IMG/VR virus record: IMGVR_UViG_3300031933_000215
Span: 1-64,000 of that record
Length of the DNA: 64,000 nt
Reading direction: 5' to 3' (one strand)
Numbering within the stretch: the stretch's first letter is position 1; every line of letters starts with the position of its first letter. The translations under genes were made by a program, and so were the position numbers. This document shows, in pieces, positions 19,844 to 29,395 of the stretch. The notes beneath the pieces were generated by a model, which saw nothing but the letters and a program-made list of their open reading frames with translations, searched no databases and was not told the origin of the DNA.

Positions 19844-20272
19844 ATGAAACACCTGTGGGTTGCATTCCATCACTTTACAGACCTAGATCATTGGGTTGAG
19901 GAATCCATCCCGAAGACTTTCATCCCTAGAGAGGTACGTCCCATGAGTCCGGTAACATCTCTAATCAATGACCTGATCGACACCGAGGTTAAGTCTCTGG
20001 CCAATAAGCTGGAGTCGGTGGTACAGTTTGCACACGACGATCGGGGAATCATTGATGCGCCCACTGGCAACCTCACCGTTTTTGCATTGGATCATTTCCC
20101 CTACCTGCAACACCGTTTGCGGGATACCCTGTTGGGAACGAACGGCGAATACGCGGCCGAGCTGCTCGGCGACCTGGGGTTCCAATTCACCACGGCTTAT
20201 TCGGAGCCTCGGGTTTATTTGACCAGCGGTCAATACATCCAGCTGTCCAACCGTGTGAAAGCCCACACCTAA
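19844..20272 (+). CDS. Hypothetical protein
   Basis: ORF followed by a hairpin plus TATGCCGT. Confidence 0.55.
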   Translation: MKHLWVAFHHFTDLDHWVEESIPKTFIPREVRPMSPVTSLINDLIDTEVKSLANKLESVVQFAHDDRGIIDAPTGNLTVFALDHFPYLQHRLRDTLLGTNGEYAAELLGDLGFQFTTAYSEPRVYLTSGQYIQLSNRVKAHT

Positions 20273-20418
20273 AGAGCATATAACCAGGAGTCCCTGTGGG
20301 CTCCTGTATGCCGTTTCCAGATGAAACCGATACGTTGGTCGTCTGTGATCTTTAAACCATCTTATGAAGGCCTGTAGACCGTTACAGGCGTATTAATGCA
20401 ACCCAAATAGGAATCGAC

Positions 20419-20817
20419 ATGTCTGAAACCAACCAGCTCCTCTCTTGCGGACGTTCCAACCAGTTCAAAGTCAAAGACCTGGAAGCCTTCAAGGCCGCCG
20501 TCCAACCCTTTGACGTCACCATAGTGGAAGATGAGGGCGACGATCATACGGTGAGCATCCTGGCCAATGCCCGCAGTGGGATCAGTTTTACCAAAGATCA
20601 ACAACACATCCTGGAGTTGTTGGTTGAGCACCTGACCGACGACTCGGTGGCGATCCTGATGCAGATTGGTTACCGGGCCGATTCGTTGGAGTTGGTGGGT
20701 AACGCCGTGGCGGCGAACAACAAAGGACAGATTCGCCAGATTGACCTGAACTACATCTACCGGATGGCGCAGGACCTGTTGGACGACACGTCCGAAGTGA
20801 CCGCCTGTGCCGACTAG
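20419..20817 (+). CDS. Hypothetical protein
   Basis: TAGGA RBS; phage-typical codon usage. Confidence 0.7.
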   Translation: MSETNQLLSCGRSNQFKVKDLEAFKAAVQPFDVTIVEDEGDDHTVSILANARSGISFTKDQQHILELLVEHLTDDSVAILMQIGYRADSLELVGNAVAANNKGQIRQIDLNYIYRMAQDLLDDTSEVTACAD

Positions 20818-20819
20818 GG

Positions 20820-21240
20820 AAATCGCGCCGGGTCGGCCGCTCAATCCCCACCTGTAGAACCACAGGAGATTGGATGGTGTGAACACTAACCATCCTGCGG
20901 CGGCGGAACACGTATCCCTTTCCGTCAGGACCAAGTAATAGTCTTGTATTCCTATCGTCCCATTAGGACGTATGATAGGAATACAGGACGTGAAGCGATA
21001 GAAAGAGATCTTTACTTTGTTTTGAAAGAGGGAGACGTTAGTCTCCCATCCTTATTTCTTTTTATCTAAAGGACTTTTTTGGTCCTTTAGAATTAATTTA
21101 CTGTCTCTTCCTTATATTTATGTGGGGGACCGAACACGCACGAAGTGGGGGTGAGGGCCCCCACTTCTTTAAGCGTGAAAGGTATCCCTGAATCTGTACC
21201 ATAGTACTTTTTAGTATTTTATTTTTGAGGAAGAGAATCC
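20820..21240. other. Non-coding region with a cluster of strong inverted repeats and an AT-rich tract
   Basis: Hairpins at 20941-20989, 21030-21047, 21065-21091 and 21142-21167; no credible ORF. Confidence 0.6.
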
Positions 21241-21241
21241 C

Positions 21242-21403
21242 ATGCTTAAAAAGCTTCATCAAGGGTATCTCAAACTCATGTGTAAACACAAATGGGTGGA
21301 TAAGACGAAACCCGACGACAAGCACTATCGGATCGGTTGTCGTTTGTGTGGCAAGGAGGTACGCTTGAGCGCAAAGACCCCAAAGTCTCAGAGAGAGAAA
21401 TAG
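21242..21403 (+). CDS. Small putative zinc-binding protein (53 aa; not in the ORF track)
   Basis: GAGGA RBS; MLKKLHQGYLKLMCKHKW...GCRLCGKE with a CxHxW...CxxCG pattern. Confidence 0.55.
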   Translation: MLKKLHQGYLKLMCKHKWVDKTKPDDKHYRIGCRLCGKEVRLSAKTPKSQREK

Positions 21404-21742
21404 CGACTCAGGAAAAAATACGCGCGGGTTATAACCTATGTGGAGTTAGCAACTTCATAGCCATGGGTATTCTCGCAGTTGTCGTAAAATCCTTGCAGTC
21501 TCCGGGTGCTGTAAGGTAACTCTTCGTGGGTTCTCTCTCTCCCTTAGCCCGGCTTCGAATTCAATACTGCCTGGGGTTCGCCCCGGGCTTTATTCCGTCA
21601 CCCTGCAAATCGAAAAGGACAACACCCATGGAAAACATCTTGGTCAATAGCAAAGATTCACTCTCCGCCTCAGAACTATGAGGCTAATCCTGTGGTGGCG
21701 ACAACCCACCCATAACCCAAAGCAACTCTAAGGAGTATACCC

Positions 21743-22623
21743 ATGACTGTTAAAACACGACTCTACGCATGGTCGATACCAGTCAATCCAACCGCACCGA
21801 AGCCCTGGATCAGGACCTGTGCTATTTCATCGAAGAGCTGGACGGCTCTGGTAAGAACCGTAAAGAAAACTACTCGGTGATTGCCAAGGAAGTGGAAAAC
21901 ATCCTGGCGCGTTACCAGCCGGGCGATTTCAACATCGTTCTGTTCTCCATGGCCGGTGGCTCTGGCTCGGTGATCGGTCCTCTGGTGATCAAGGCTCTGC
22001 TGGAAGCGGGTGAAACCGCCGTGGCGGTTCTGGTCGGCTCTGACGACAGTGCCATCTCGGTGACCAACACCATCAACACCCTGAAGTCTCTGGAATCGGT
22101 TTCAGTGATGGTGGGTCAGCCGGTGGTAACCGTGTACCACGAAAACACCGCCGGTGTTCCGCGTAAGGTGATCGACGACGAAGTCGAGTTCGTCCTGCAT
22201 GCCCTGACCGAACTGACCAGTCAGAACAACCGGGAGCTGGATACGCAAGATCTGACCAACTGGGTACAGTACCACAAGGTCTGCCCGGTACGTCCGCAAC
22301 TGTCAGCCCTGTCGGTGTTCGATAACCGTCAGGAAGCGGCCAAGCAGATCGAGCCGATCTCGGTGGCGTCCCTGTACGCCGACCCGGACAAGGACAACCC
22401 ATTCGGCAGCCCGCACTACGCGACCGTGGGCTACCCGCGTGAGGGTACCATGCAACTGTCCGATCAGCTGCACTTCGTGATCAACACCGCCGACATCGAA
22501 GAAACCTTCAATCACCTGACCGAACGTCAGAGCGAACTGAACAAAGCGTACAGCTCGTACCGCCAGCGTAAAGCCGTGGTGGATGTGGACGACGATGTTA
22601 CCGGCGATGGCATGATCCTGTAA
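21743..22623 (+). pseudogene. phuZ: PhuZ phage tubulin, disrupted by an N-terminal deletion and frameshift
   Basis: Body has tubulin signature FSMAGGSGSVIGP, VDTS, DGSGKNR and a C-terminal VDVDDDVTGDGMIL tail. The RBS-led start at 21743 (MTVKTRLYA) is out of frame with the body (ATG 21769), and the GGxG phosphate-loop segment is absent. Confidence 0.8.
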
Positions 22624-22628
22624 CAACG

Positions 22629-22667
22629 ACGACATAAAGGTGGGGTTTCGGCCCCACCTTTTTTTAT
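22629..22667. terminator. Terminator after phuZ
   Basis: AAAGGTGGGG TTTCGG CCCCACCTTT followed by a T-run; ACGACATA on the 5' side. Confidence 0.85.
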
Positions 22668-22678
22668 TTGGAGATTTG

Positions 22679-23188
22679 ATGATGGCCAAGAAGTCAAAGC
22701 ACGATGGTCTTGACGCGTTATTGGCCAAGGAGTTGGGGCTGGAACTACAGACGCAGACATTGCCGTTGAAGAAAGTGCAGACCATGGTCAAAGAAGCCAA
22801 CGGTTTGTATTTCGCCTTTGTGATCGATGGTTATTACTACTACGATACGGTTGAGTCGTGGGCTGGTAGTTTGGGTTGTCGTGTAAAACCCAAGCGGTTC
22901 TTGTTGGAGCCCCGCGTTCGTCAGCGACTGGAACAGCGTCATTACCTCCGATGGTACTTCCACTATGGAACGGCGTTGTATCGGGTACAGATTGCCAAAC
23001 CCAAAGACCTGTTCGATCGCTTGTGGTTTCAACCATGCGACGACAACCCACGGTCGACCAACGTTCTCATTGAGGTTGAATCCATGTTTCTGCGAAAGAA
23101 ACCATTGATGCAACTGCGTGAATCGAAACTGCCTTGGTACGATATTCCTGATCACTGGGAACCTGTAGAAATGAAAAAGCGAGCATAG
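22679..23188 (+). CDS. Hypothetical protein
   Basis: GGAG RBS; followed by a hairpin plus TATGCCGT. Confidence 0.65.
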   Translation: MMAKKSKHDGLDALLAKELGLELQTQTLPLKKVQTMVKEANGLYFAFVIDGYYYYDTVESWAGSLGCRVKPKRFLLEPRVRQRLEQRHYLRWYFHYGTALYRVQIAKPKDLFDRLWFQPCDDNPRSTNVLIEVESMFLRKKPLMQLRESKLPWYDIPDHWEPVEMKKRA

Positions 23189-23325
23189 ACCCTCCCCTGA
23201 TTTGGGGAGGGCTTTATGCCGTTTCTTTTTTTTTGGTTACGGTGCACCGGTGATGGTGCAATGCAAGTAATTAAAAGTTTATATTATCTCAGTGTAATTT
23301 AGTAGAGTTTAGTAAAGGACCCATC

Positions 23326-24333
23326 ATGTTTTATAGCACTGAGTTTAAACGTAATGAAAAACAATGGTTAGTTTTTATAATACTCCATATAAAAACTAAC
23401 TTTAAATATATTGGATATACAAACAGCCCTAAGAGAACACTGATTAATTTTTATTATAAACTAAAACGCGGAACTCACACTAACAAACATATACAAAATG
23501 CATATATGGACGACCCTAGATTGGAGAGAATTTATTTTGGGGTCGATTCTGAAATAGAAGCTATAAAATTAAAATCAATGCTAATTCAACGATACGCTAA
23601 ACGTGGTGAACTTTTTAACATTGATAAGTTAAATAACCACAAAGACAATGACCCTAGGGTTGACATTATTGTAGACAAGGTTGAAATGGACGATAGTGTT
23701 AAATTACCTCCAATGGACAAAAGGAGGTATGAAAGATTTATAGAGTTGCGTTCGAAACCATTCGACACCTTAGCAACCCCGAGTGGTTTACATGTACTGA
23801 CAAATACTGACATACATGCAAAAAGTAGAGTCGTGGGTGTGTATGTCATATACCACCCCAAAACAGGGAAGTATTATGTTGGTAGTACATCTAACCTTTA
23901 TTCAAGAATTGTAGCTCACCTTTCGGGATTAAGAAAAAACAATCACGAAAATAGTTCTCTTAACTTGGCTTTTAAGTCTGATCCGCAGATTGAAATTATT
24001 TGTTATAAGACTGATGACCGAGAGAAAGCATTTGAGTTAGAGCAGGACTTGATGGATAGTAATAAACATAATTTATTCAATAAAGCGTTAGACTCTAAGA
24101 ATAACTTCCACGGTTATATTTACAAGGGAAAACCAATGCCTGACTGGATACGCGAAAAAATTAGCAATTCGAGTAGAATACGTACCGATTTAAAACGAAC
24201 TCCAATTAATATTGATGGTGTTGTTTATTCATCAGTTAGTGAAGCTAGTAGACAGCTCGGTATCAATAAACGAACACTTTTCAGAAGAATACATTCTAAA
24301 ACACATCACAACTACACCCTGCATGTTAATTAA
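23326..24333 (+). mobile_element. Free-standing homing endonuclease gene with two GIY-YIG domains and a NUMOD3/NUMOD1-type DNA-binding tail
   Basis: VFIILHIKTNFKYIGYT and GVYVIYHPKTGKYYVGST, both followed by ...H.N..(L/I)..A; IREKISNS and DGVVYSSVSEASRQLGI; markedly AT-rich relative to flanks. Confidence 0.85.
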
Positions 24334-24385
24334 CATAAACCCACTGGCGGAGACCAGTGGGTTTTGTATGCATTTTTTTTGTTTG

Positions 24386-25183
24386 TTATGGACCACCAAC
24401 AATGGTCCTTATGTGTCGACGGCGTGCTTCGGGGTCGTTGAGGACACTAATTTTCAACCAGCGCCGCAAACCTTCTTGATACATTTGATCGGAGTCGGCG
24501 TAGTTCATGATGGTCTCGCGGAACACCCCGAGCATTTGACCACCAGAGAGCTGCCCTTGGTCCATCGGCACGATCATCTTGTTGTAGATGTAGGCTTTGG
24601 TGGCCAGTACGCACAGCTTGGCAAACTCAGGGATAGCCGGCGGGCGAATGAACGACAAGGCGTCGTCGTTACCCAAACGAACCCGCATGAACGCAGTAAC
24701 GTAAGGCAGATACACAAACCGAGCCATCACGGTGTTGTGGGCGATCAGGTTCAAATACGAGGTCATGGCGGGTGGTACCCGCATCGCGCTGTCCAATACC
24801 CGACGCGTCTCGGAGGCCATGGGTGATTCTGTGTAGTGCAGTGCCATCCCGGCGTTTTGATAACCCAATGCTGCAAAGTGAACCGAATACACCTGAACGA
24901 TTGGGCGGTTCTGAACCACCTCGTTTGGAATGTGGTAGATCACAGTGTACGGATCGGTTTGTTCGGCCCGCACGGGATCTTCCAGTGGAATGAAGGCTTC
25001 GGTACCACCGTGGAGATCCAAATCCACCAAGACCCGGGGGTCGATGATCTGCTCCCGAATTCGAGTGTCTAAAGAGACAACTGTCTGGCTGTTTTGCAGC
25101 TCTTGGGAGATGAATGCTTCGTTGAGGATTGCTTGCGGGATGGAGAAGCGGATCTCATCCAGTGCTTTGGTGATCGGATTCAT
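24386..25183 (-). CDS. Conserved phiKZ-like protein, probably virion structural
   Basis: 265 aa ORF, MNPITKALDEIRFSIP; GGAG RBS. Confidence 0.65.
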   Translation of the reverse strand: MNPITKALDEIRFSIPQAILNEAFISQELQNSQTVVSLDTRIREQIIDPRVLVDLDLHGGTEAFIPLEDPVRAEQTDPYTVIYHIPNEVVQNRPIVQVYSVHFAALGYQNAGMALHYTESPMASETRRVLDSAMRVPPAMTSYLNLIAHNTVMARFVYLPYVTAFMRVRLGNDDALSFIRPPAIPEFAKLCVLATKAYIYNKMIVPMDQGQLSGGQMLGVFRETIMNYADSDQMYQEGLRRWLKISVLNDPEARRRHIRTIVGGP

Positions 25184-25273
25184 AAAAGCTCCTGTGAAGC
25201 CGTCTGAGAGGTTTTCTTGGCGAGGTAATACTCTGGCTCCAGATAGTATACTAAAGGGCGTCAGGCTGCCGTA

Positions 25274-25741
25274 ATGGAACCAGAAATAGATCTACATCAT
25301 AAGGTTGGTGTAGAAGACAACAGACTAAGGACCCACATGTCACAGATACTATCCGGCCCAGCACGGGTTTATGTTTACGACATCACCACCGTCCTACAAC
25401 TGATGCAACCGGTACTCAGTGACATCGAAGCCCACCGCGCGATTTCGGTGTTGGGTGTGGACGGGGTGATTGACGCCTTTTTGGAAAAGACCATTCACGA
25501 TTTCGAAGTCGTTTCGGTGTGGGAACACCTGCCCGGCAGGTACCCCTCCGAACTCAATAATCTATTCATCCGTCAAACCGAGGCGATATCGGAACTCTAC
25601 CGCCAGCTGTATTTCCCGCCAGATTGCGCCGGGTCCATGGCCACAATACGAAGAATACATGGAACGCTCTGGCTCGTGGTCTTCGATCCCATGCAGATTG
25701 GACCCTACGAAAAACCAAAAACAGAACACGTGTTTCATTAA
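25274..25741 (+). CDS. Hypothetical protein, small-gene array member 1
   Basis: First of a tightly packed co-oriented array. Confidence 0.6.
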   Translation: MEPEIDLHHKVGVEDNRLRTHMSQILSGPARVYVYDITTVLQLMQPVLSDIEAHRAISVLGVDGVIDAFLEKTIHDFEVVSVWEHLPGRYPSELNNLFIRQTEAISELYRQLYFPPDCAGSMATIRRIHGTLWLVVFDPMQIGPYEKPKTEHVFH

Positions 25742-25752
25742 GGGCTTAGGCA

Positions 25753-26718
25753 ATGCAAAAAGATGAACAATGTTTTATAGTGCTGGATGTCAACGGCTAC
25801 ATCAACGCGCTGAAACACGCCGTCAATGTGTTTAACCAAACCGGATTGGAACTGAAAGTGGTGCAAGGAACCGAGGAGGTGACGGTTCACCTGGACCCCC
25901 TCCCGACGTTGTGTACCACCCGAGCGCTTCGGGTGTTGTACGCGCTGGTCGAAGAGACTGTCAGTCAACACGTACACTACCGTCTGCACTCAAACCCGGT
26001 TCCGGTTATTGCCCAAACGCTTCGCGACTGCGCCGTACCTAGTGACGAAGACTGCATGATGACCGAGAACTTCCTGTGCAACGAGACGGTCGATGGCGTG
26101 GTATTGGAGTTGACCCGTCAGGTATCGCACCACATTAGCGGGCAGCCCTGGCGGCAATGGCAGGTGATGTCGTCGTCCCACATGTTGGCATTGATCGGCG
26201 GTAAGGATTTCCGGGTGGCCGAATGGGAACGCTTCCACGGTCACGACTACCGCAGTGAAGACGAGTTGTTGCGAGTGAACATCACTTCTACGGTGAACAT
26301 CATTCAGTACAGCATCGGTTACGACCTGGCCATCCCGATCGACAACATCCCCATCCACGCATTGGTGTTGGATACCCTTCGCAGTCATTGCCCGGAGTTT
26401 GTGTTCAAGAACGACCACACGCTCTACCCTAGCATGTTGGATGGCATGGGCGTCAGTGACTACGAAGCGTTCTACCGCAAACACCTGCGCGAACCCATCG
26501 AGTCCTTCGTGCTGATGTTCCTACACAGTCAACTTGAACCGTTCGAGAACTATGATGCCGAACTGACCGATGACTTCCTGTTGGTGGTTACCCGCCGCAG
26601 TAAGACCCGGAGTCAGGAGGAGCGTTTGTACCGGGAACTGCGTCAGAGCATCGACGCTGGTGACTGGCTACCCGAACGGGAAATCCGTTGGATGAGACAA
26701 TATGAGCGAACCCGCTAA
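25753..26718 (+). CDS. Hypothetical protein, array member 2 (possibly two repeated units)
   Basis: 321 aa, about twice the size of its neighbours; FIVLD and LRVNIT strand-like starts in each half. Confidence 0.7.
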   Translation: MQKDEQCFIVLDVNGYINALKHAVNVFNQTGLELKVVQGTEEVTVHLDPLPTLCTTRALRVLYALVEETVSQHVHYRLHSNPVPVIAQTLRDCAVPSDEDCMMTENFLCNETVDGVVLELTRQVSHHISGQPWRQWQVMSSSHMLALIGGKDFRVAEWERFHGHDYRSEDELLRVNITSTVNIIQYSIGYDLAIPIDNIPIHALVLDTLRSHCPEFVFKNDHTLYPSMLDGMGVSDYEAFYRKHLREPIESFVLMFLHSQLEPFENYDAELTDDFLLVVTRRSKTRSQEERLYRELRQSIDAGDWLPEREIRWMRQYERTR

Positions 26719-27181
26719 TACGAAGAACGTCGTATTGGCCATCGACAAACGTGAGTTACTCTACATGCACCCCGGTCTGGTTGACCGGGGGGCTATGCTC
26801 GGAATCCCGGAAGACGTGACTTACGAGTTGGTGCTGACCATGACCGACGTGTTTAATTTACACGTGAGCTTGTCCGAAGAGCTTTCAATGGTGGAAGACG
26901 AGATGTACAACATCTTCGAGTTCATGACCGACCCGTACCTCACCTCCGAGGCCGGGATGGATTCCGCTGAAGGGTCGCGATTGGACGACTATTGTCGGGA
27001 GGTGTACGAGTCATTGCAGACCCTGCGGGGGATGATTCCCCTGAACGTCACCAACCTGCAGTACCTGTCGCACTTTTTGGAAAGTCGCTTTCCCCACCTG
27101 TTCTACGTGGGTGGGGTGATGCACACCGGACGTGTCCCTAACGACTACATGTTTAACGAAAAATACTTCCTGTTCATGTGA
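26702..27181 (+). CDS. Hypothetical acidic protein, array member 3
   Basis: Overlaps the previous stop codon; VVLAID start. Confidence 0.7.
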   Translation: MSEPANTKNVVLAIDKRELLYMHPGLVDRGAMLGIPEDVTYELVLTMTDVFNLHVSLSEELSMVEDEMYNIFEFMTDPYLTSEAGMDSAEGSRLDDYCREVYESLQTLRGMIPLNVTNLQYLSHFLESRFPHLFYVGGVMHTGRVPNDYMFNEKYFLFM

Positions 27182-27188
27182 GGACACC

Positions 27189-27575
27189 ATGTACACCTGT
27201 TTGTGGACCGTGAGCTTTATTGAGTTCACGGCTTTAGCTCCCAACATCAAGGAACTGGCAAATCGGGCTGGGATCACCATGACCGATACCATTCGGTTGT
27301 GTGTAGACGCCCTGGATTACACGTTCAGTGGGGACGTTGTTGATCGCATGTTGTCCGAGGCATTGTACCTTCGGATCTACCAGCACTACGACGACTACCC
27401 GCACCACGTGACCATTCCGTCAGAAGACAAGGAAGCGTATGTGCGGGCGTGCGACTTGACCGTGAGGCACCTACAACGCTTGATGCCATACCAAGGCAGA
27501 CCCACCGAAATCAGCTTGGACCGCACGATACTGGGCCAAGCTATTTATATGCTAGTTCATTACGATAACCGTTGA
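27189..27575 (+). CDS. Hypothetical protein, array member 4
   Basis: GAGGA RBS before ATG 27189. Confidence 0.7.
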   Translation: MYTCLWTVSFIEFTALAPNIKELANRAGITMTDTIRLCVDALDYTFSGDVVDRMLSEALYLRIYQHYDDYPHHVTIPSEDKEAYVRACDLTVRHLQRLMPYQGRPTEISLDRTILGQAIYMLVHYDNR

Positions 27576-27587
27576 AGGAACCGAATC

Positions 27588-28016
27588 ATGCAGATACTTT
27601 ATGTCATCGATGGTGCTGAAATCAAAGCCGCTGTTGGTGTTGTGGGTAAGCCTGTGGCCAAACACGCGGTCGAGACCTACCTTGCGTACATCCACGCTGT
27701 CGTTTCGGGGGAATTGACCCACTGTCACGATAACCTGAACGAGTACATCCATCAGGCGTACTTCGATCTGGTTGAATCCCGCAAGATCCAACAGGTGAAA
27801 GACGACGTCCCGATAAACACCAACTGGTACCGGGATTTTACGCGCCTGATTGAGGTTATGAACCGACACATCGGTCGGGGCGTGCTCCAGTTCCTCTCGT
27901 TGGGCATTCCGGTCATGGCGGTGGAGGTAGAATACTTGGGCGTGATCCGTAAGAAAGGCGACATCCTCCTTAAGATCGATGTCAAACTCAAGAACACGAT
28001 AACACATGGAGAATGA
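27588..28016 (+). CDS. Hypothetical protein, array member 5
   Basis: AAGGA RBS; MQILYVID start. Confidence 0.7.
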   Translation: MQILYVIDGAEIKAAVGVVGKPVAKHAVETYLAYIHAVVSGELTHCHDNLNEYIHQAYFDLVESRKIQQVKDDVPINTNWYRDFTRLIEVMNRHIGRGVLQFLSLGIPVMAVEVEYLGVIRKKGDILLKIDVKLKNTITHGE

Positions 28017-28019
28017 CCT

Positions 28020-28505
28020 ATGCGTAGCAGTCTGGTGGTCGATCGCCGGAGGGTGGACGATGCCTTAACCCGTATCCGGTATCTGTTAGAGGTCAATTAC
28101 GAAGAAGGCCGTCTGACCGAAGAACAGAAGGCAACGATACCCGCAGCGGTGTACGAAGGTTTCTCGTACTACCTTGAGATGGTATGCTCGCGGGTGCTTG
28201 GCGGACCCAACGTCGCGTACATCTTGGCCGAGTACATGTACGGGGCCCACATAAAACCCCACAACTATCCTGTGGTCTGTGCTGAGTTGGAACACACGTT
28301 CAAACTGGCCAGCGAGTTTGTGTTGGGCGCTCTACAAAACCTCACCCAACAGGTGGAGGCCAATTGCGAGGACGTCACTGACCTTCAGTTCATCCCTTCG
28401 GAGAACACACACCTCGGGGTTTTCATGATGGAATCCGAGCCTATTGTTGAAGAAAACGACATCGGTCGTGGCCTGACTGAGCCTGTCATGCAAACGTACC
28501 TGTGA
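28020..28505 (+). CDS. Hypothetical protein, array member 6
   Basis: GGAG RBS; MRSSLVVD start. Confidence 0.7.
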   Translation: MRSSLVVDRRRVDDALTRIRYLLEVNYEEGRLTEEQKATIPAAVYEGFSYYLEMVCSRVLGGPNVAYILAEYMYGAHIKPHNYPVVCAELEHTFKLASEFVLGALQNLTQQVEANCEDVTDLQFIPSENTHLGVFMMESEPIVEENDIGRGLTEPVMQTYL

Positions 28506-28536
28506 ATGGGTACCGTTTGGTTAGGGCTGTGTCGGT

Positions 28537-29022
28537 TTGATTATGAGGACACGCATGCTTACCACGATTAAATGGATCACCGTTGTGTGCATCCCAACCC
28601 TAACCAAACAACACCTGGACCAACCGTTTGCGCCATTGAACGCAAACGAGGTCGACACCACGGCCCTGTGGGACGGGTACGCCAAGTATCTGATGGAGAT
28701 CTATGGCGAGTACCATCTGACCGAGCGCGTGCGCCAGCCTGAGGAAGAGTTCTTCCAAGAGCTGTGTTACGTGAAGCTCCAGGGCCTGGTGGACATTGAA
28801 CAGCTGTTGGATGTGTATGAGCGACTGACCAAAGACCACCACGCCTACATCCTTGAAGCGTTGGAATGCATTGCGCAAGAGGACTGTTACCTGAAATCGA
28901 TTCAGGCCCAATGGCGGATGGAACGGGACGGTCGACAGCTACCCATGCTGTTCTTTGAAAGCAGTACGTTGTTTGATTTCATTGAAGGCACACCACCGGT
29001 CTACACGGTGAGTGAAGAATGA
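28537..29022 (+). CDS. Hypothetical protein, array member 7
   Basis: Co-oriented ORF; start codon uncertain. Confidence 0.65.
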   Translation: MIMRTRMLTTIKWITVVCIPTLTKQHLDQPFAPLNANEVDTTALWDGYAKYLMEIYGEYHLTERVRQPEEEFFQELCYVKLQGLVDIEQLLDVYERLTKDHHAYILEALECIAQEDCYLKSIQAQWRMERDGRQLPMLFFESSTLFDFIEGTPPVYTVSEE

Positions 29023-29032
29023 GTGCAGGGCT

Positions 29033-29395
29033 ATGAGAAAAACGCTGATGGTGATGGACGTGCGGGACTTTGGAGTGATCGAACACCCACGACATTCGAA
29101 GTTCGGCATGGAACTGTCACAAGGCTTGATCCACACCTACCTCGTGGGTTACAGCCGATGGGGAATGGGACAGTTGGACACCGCGTGCGATTATGAGGCG
29201 TTCGCTGCCACAATTCTTGAAAACACGGATGGCTTTCATTTACTCAACGACCTGGAAAAGGACCTCTTACTCTATGAGAGCGTCCAATACCTCCAGAGCT
29301 TCATCGATTACGTGGAGTCTCGGCTGGCGGACCAACGCATTGACGTGTTCCCACCCTTGAGACCCCACCGTCGTGTCATGCTTTTGGTGGGATAA
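29033..29395 (+). CDS. Hypothetical protein, array member 8
   Basis: MRKTLMVMD start; followed by a hairpin and T-run. Confidence 0.65.
   Translation: MRKTLMVMDVRDFGVIEHPRHSKFGMELSQGLIHTYLVGYSRWGMGQLDTACDYEAFAATILENTDGFHLLNDLEKDLLLYESVQYLQSFIDYVESRLADQRIDVFPPLRPHRRVMLLVG

Noticed and set aside
20820-20940. tRNA or small self-cleaving ribozyme in the structured gap
   Set aside because: No cloverleaf with a TTC-type T-loop and no hammerhead CUGAUGA/GAAA core was found by eye.
21743-21780. Programmed frameshift or ribosomal hop rescuing phuZ
   Set aside because: A shift could join the frames but cannot supply the missing GGxG loop, and there is no slippery sequence at the junction.
21769-22623. 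Treating ATG 21769 as the normal start of an intact PhuZ
   Set aside because: No RBS at suitable spacing, and the homologous N-terminal strand is encoded upstream in another frame.
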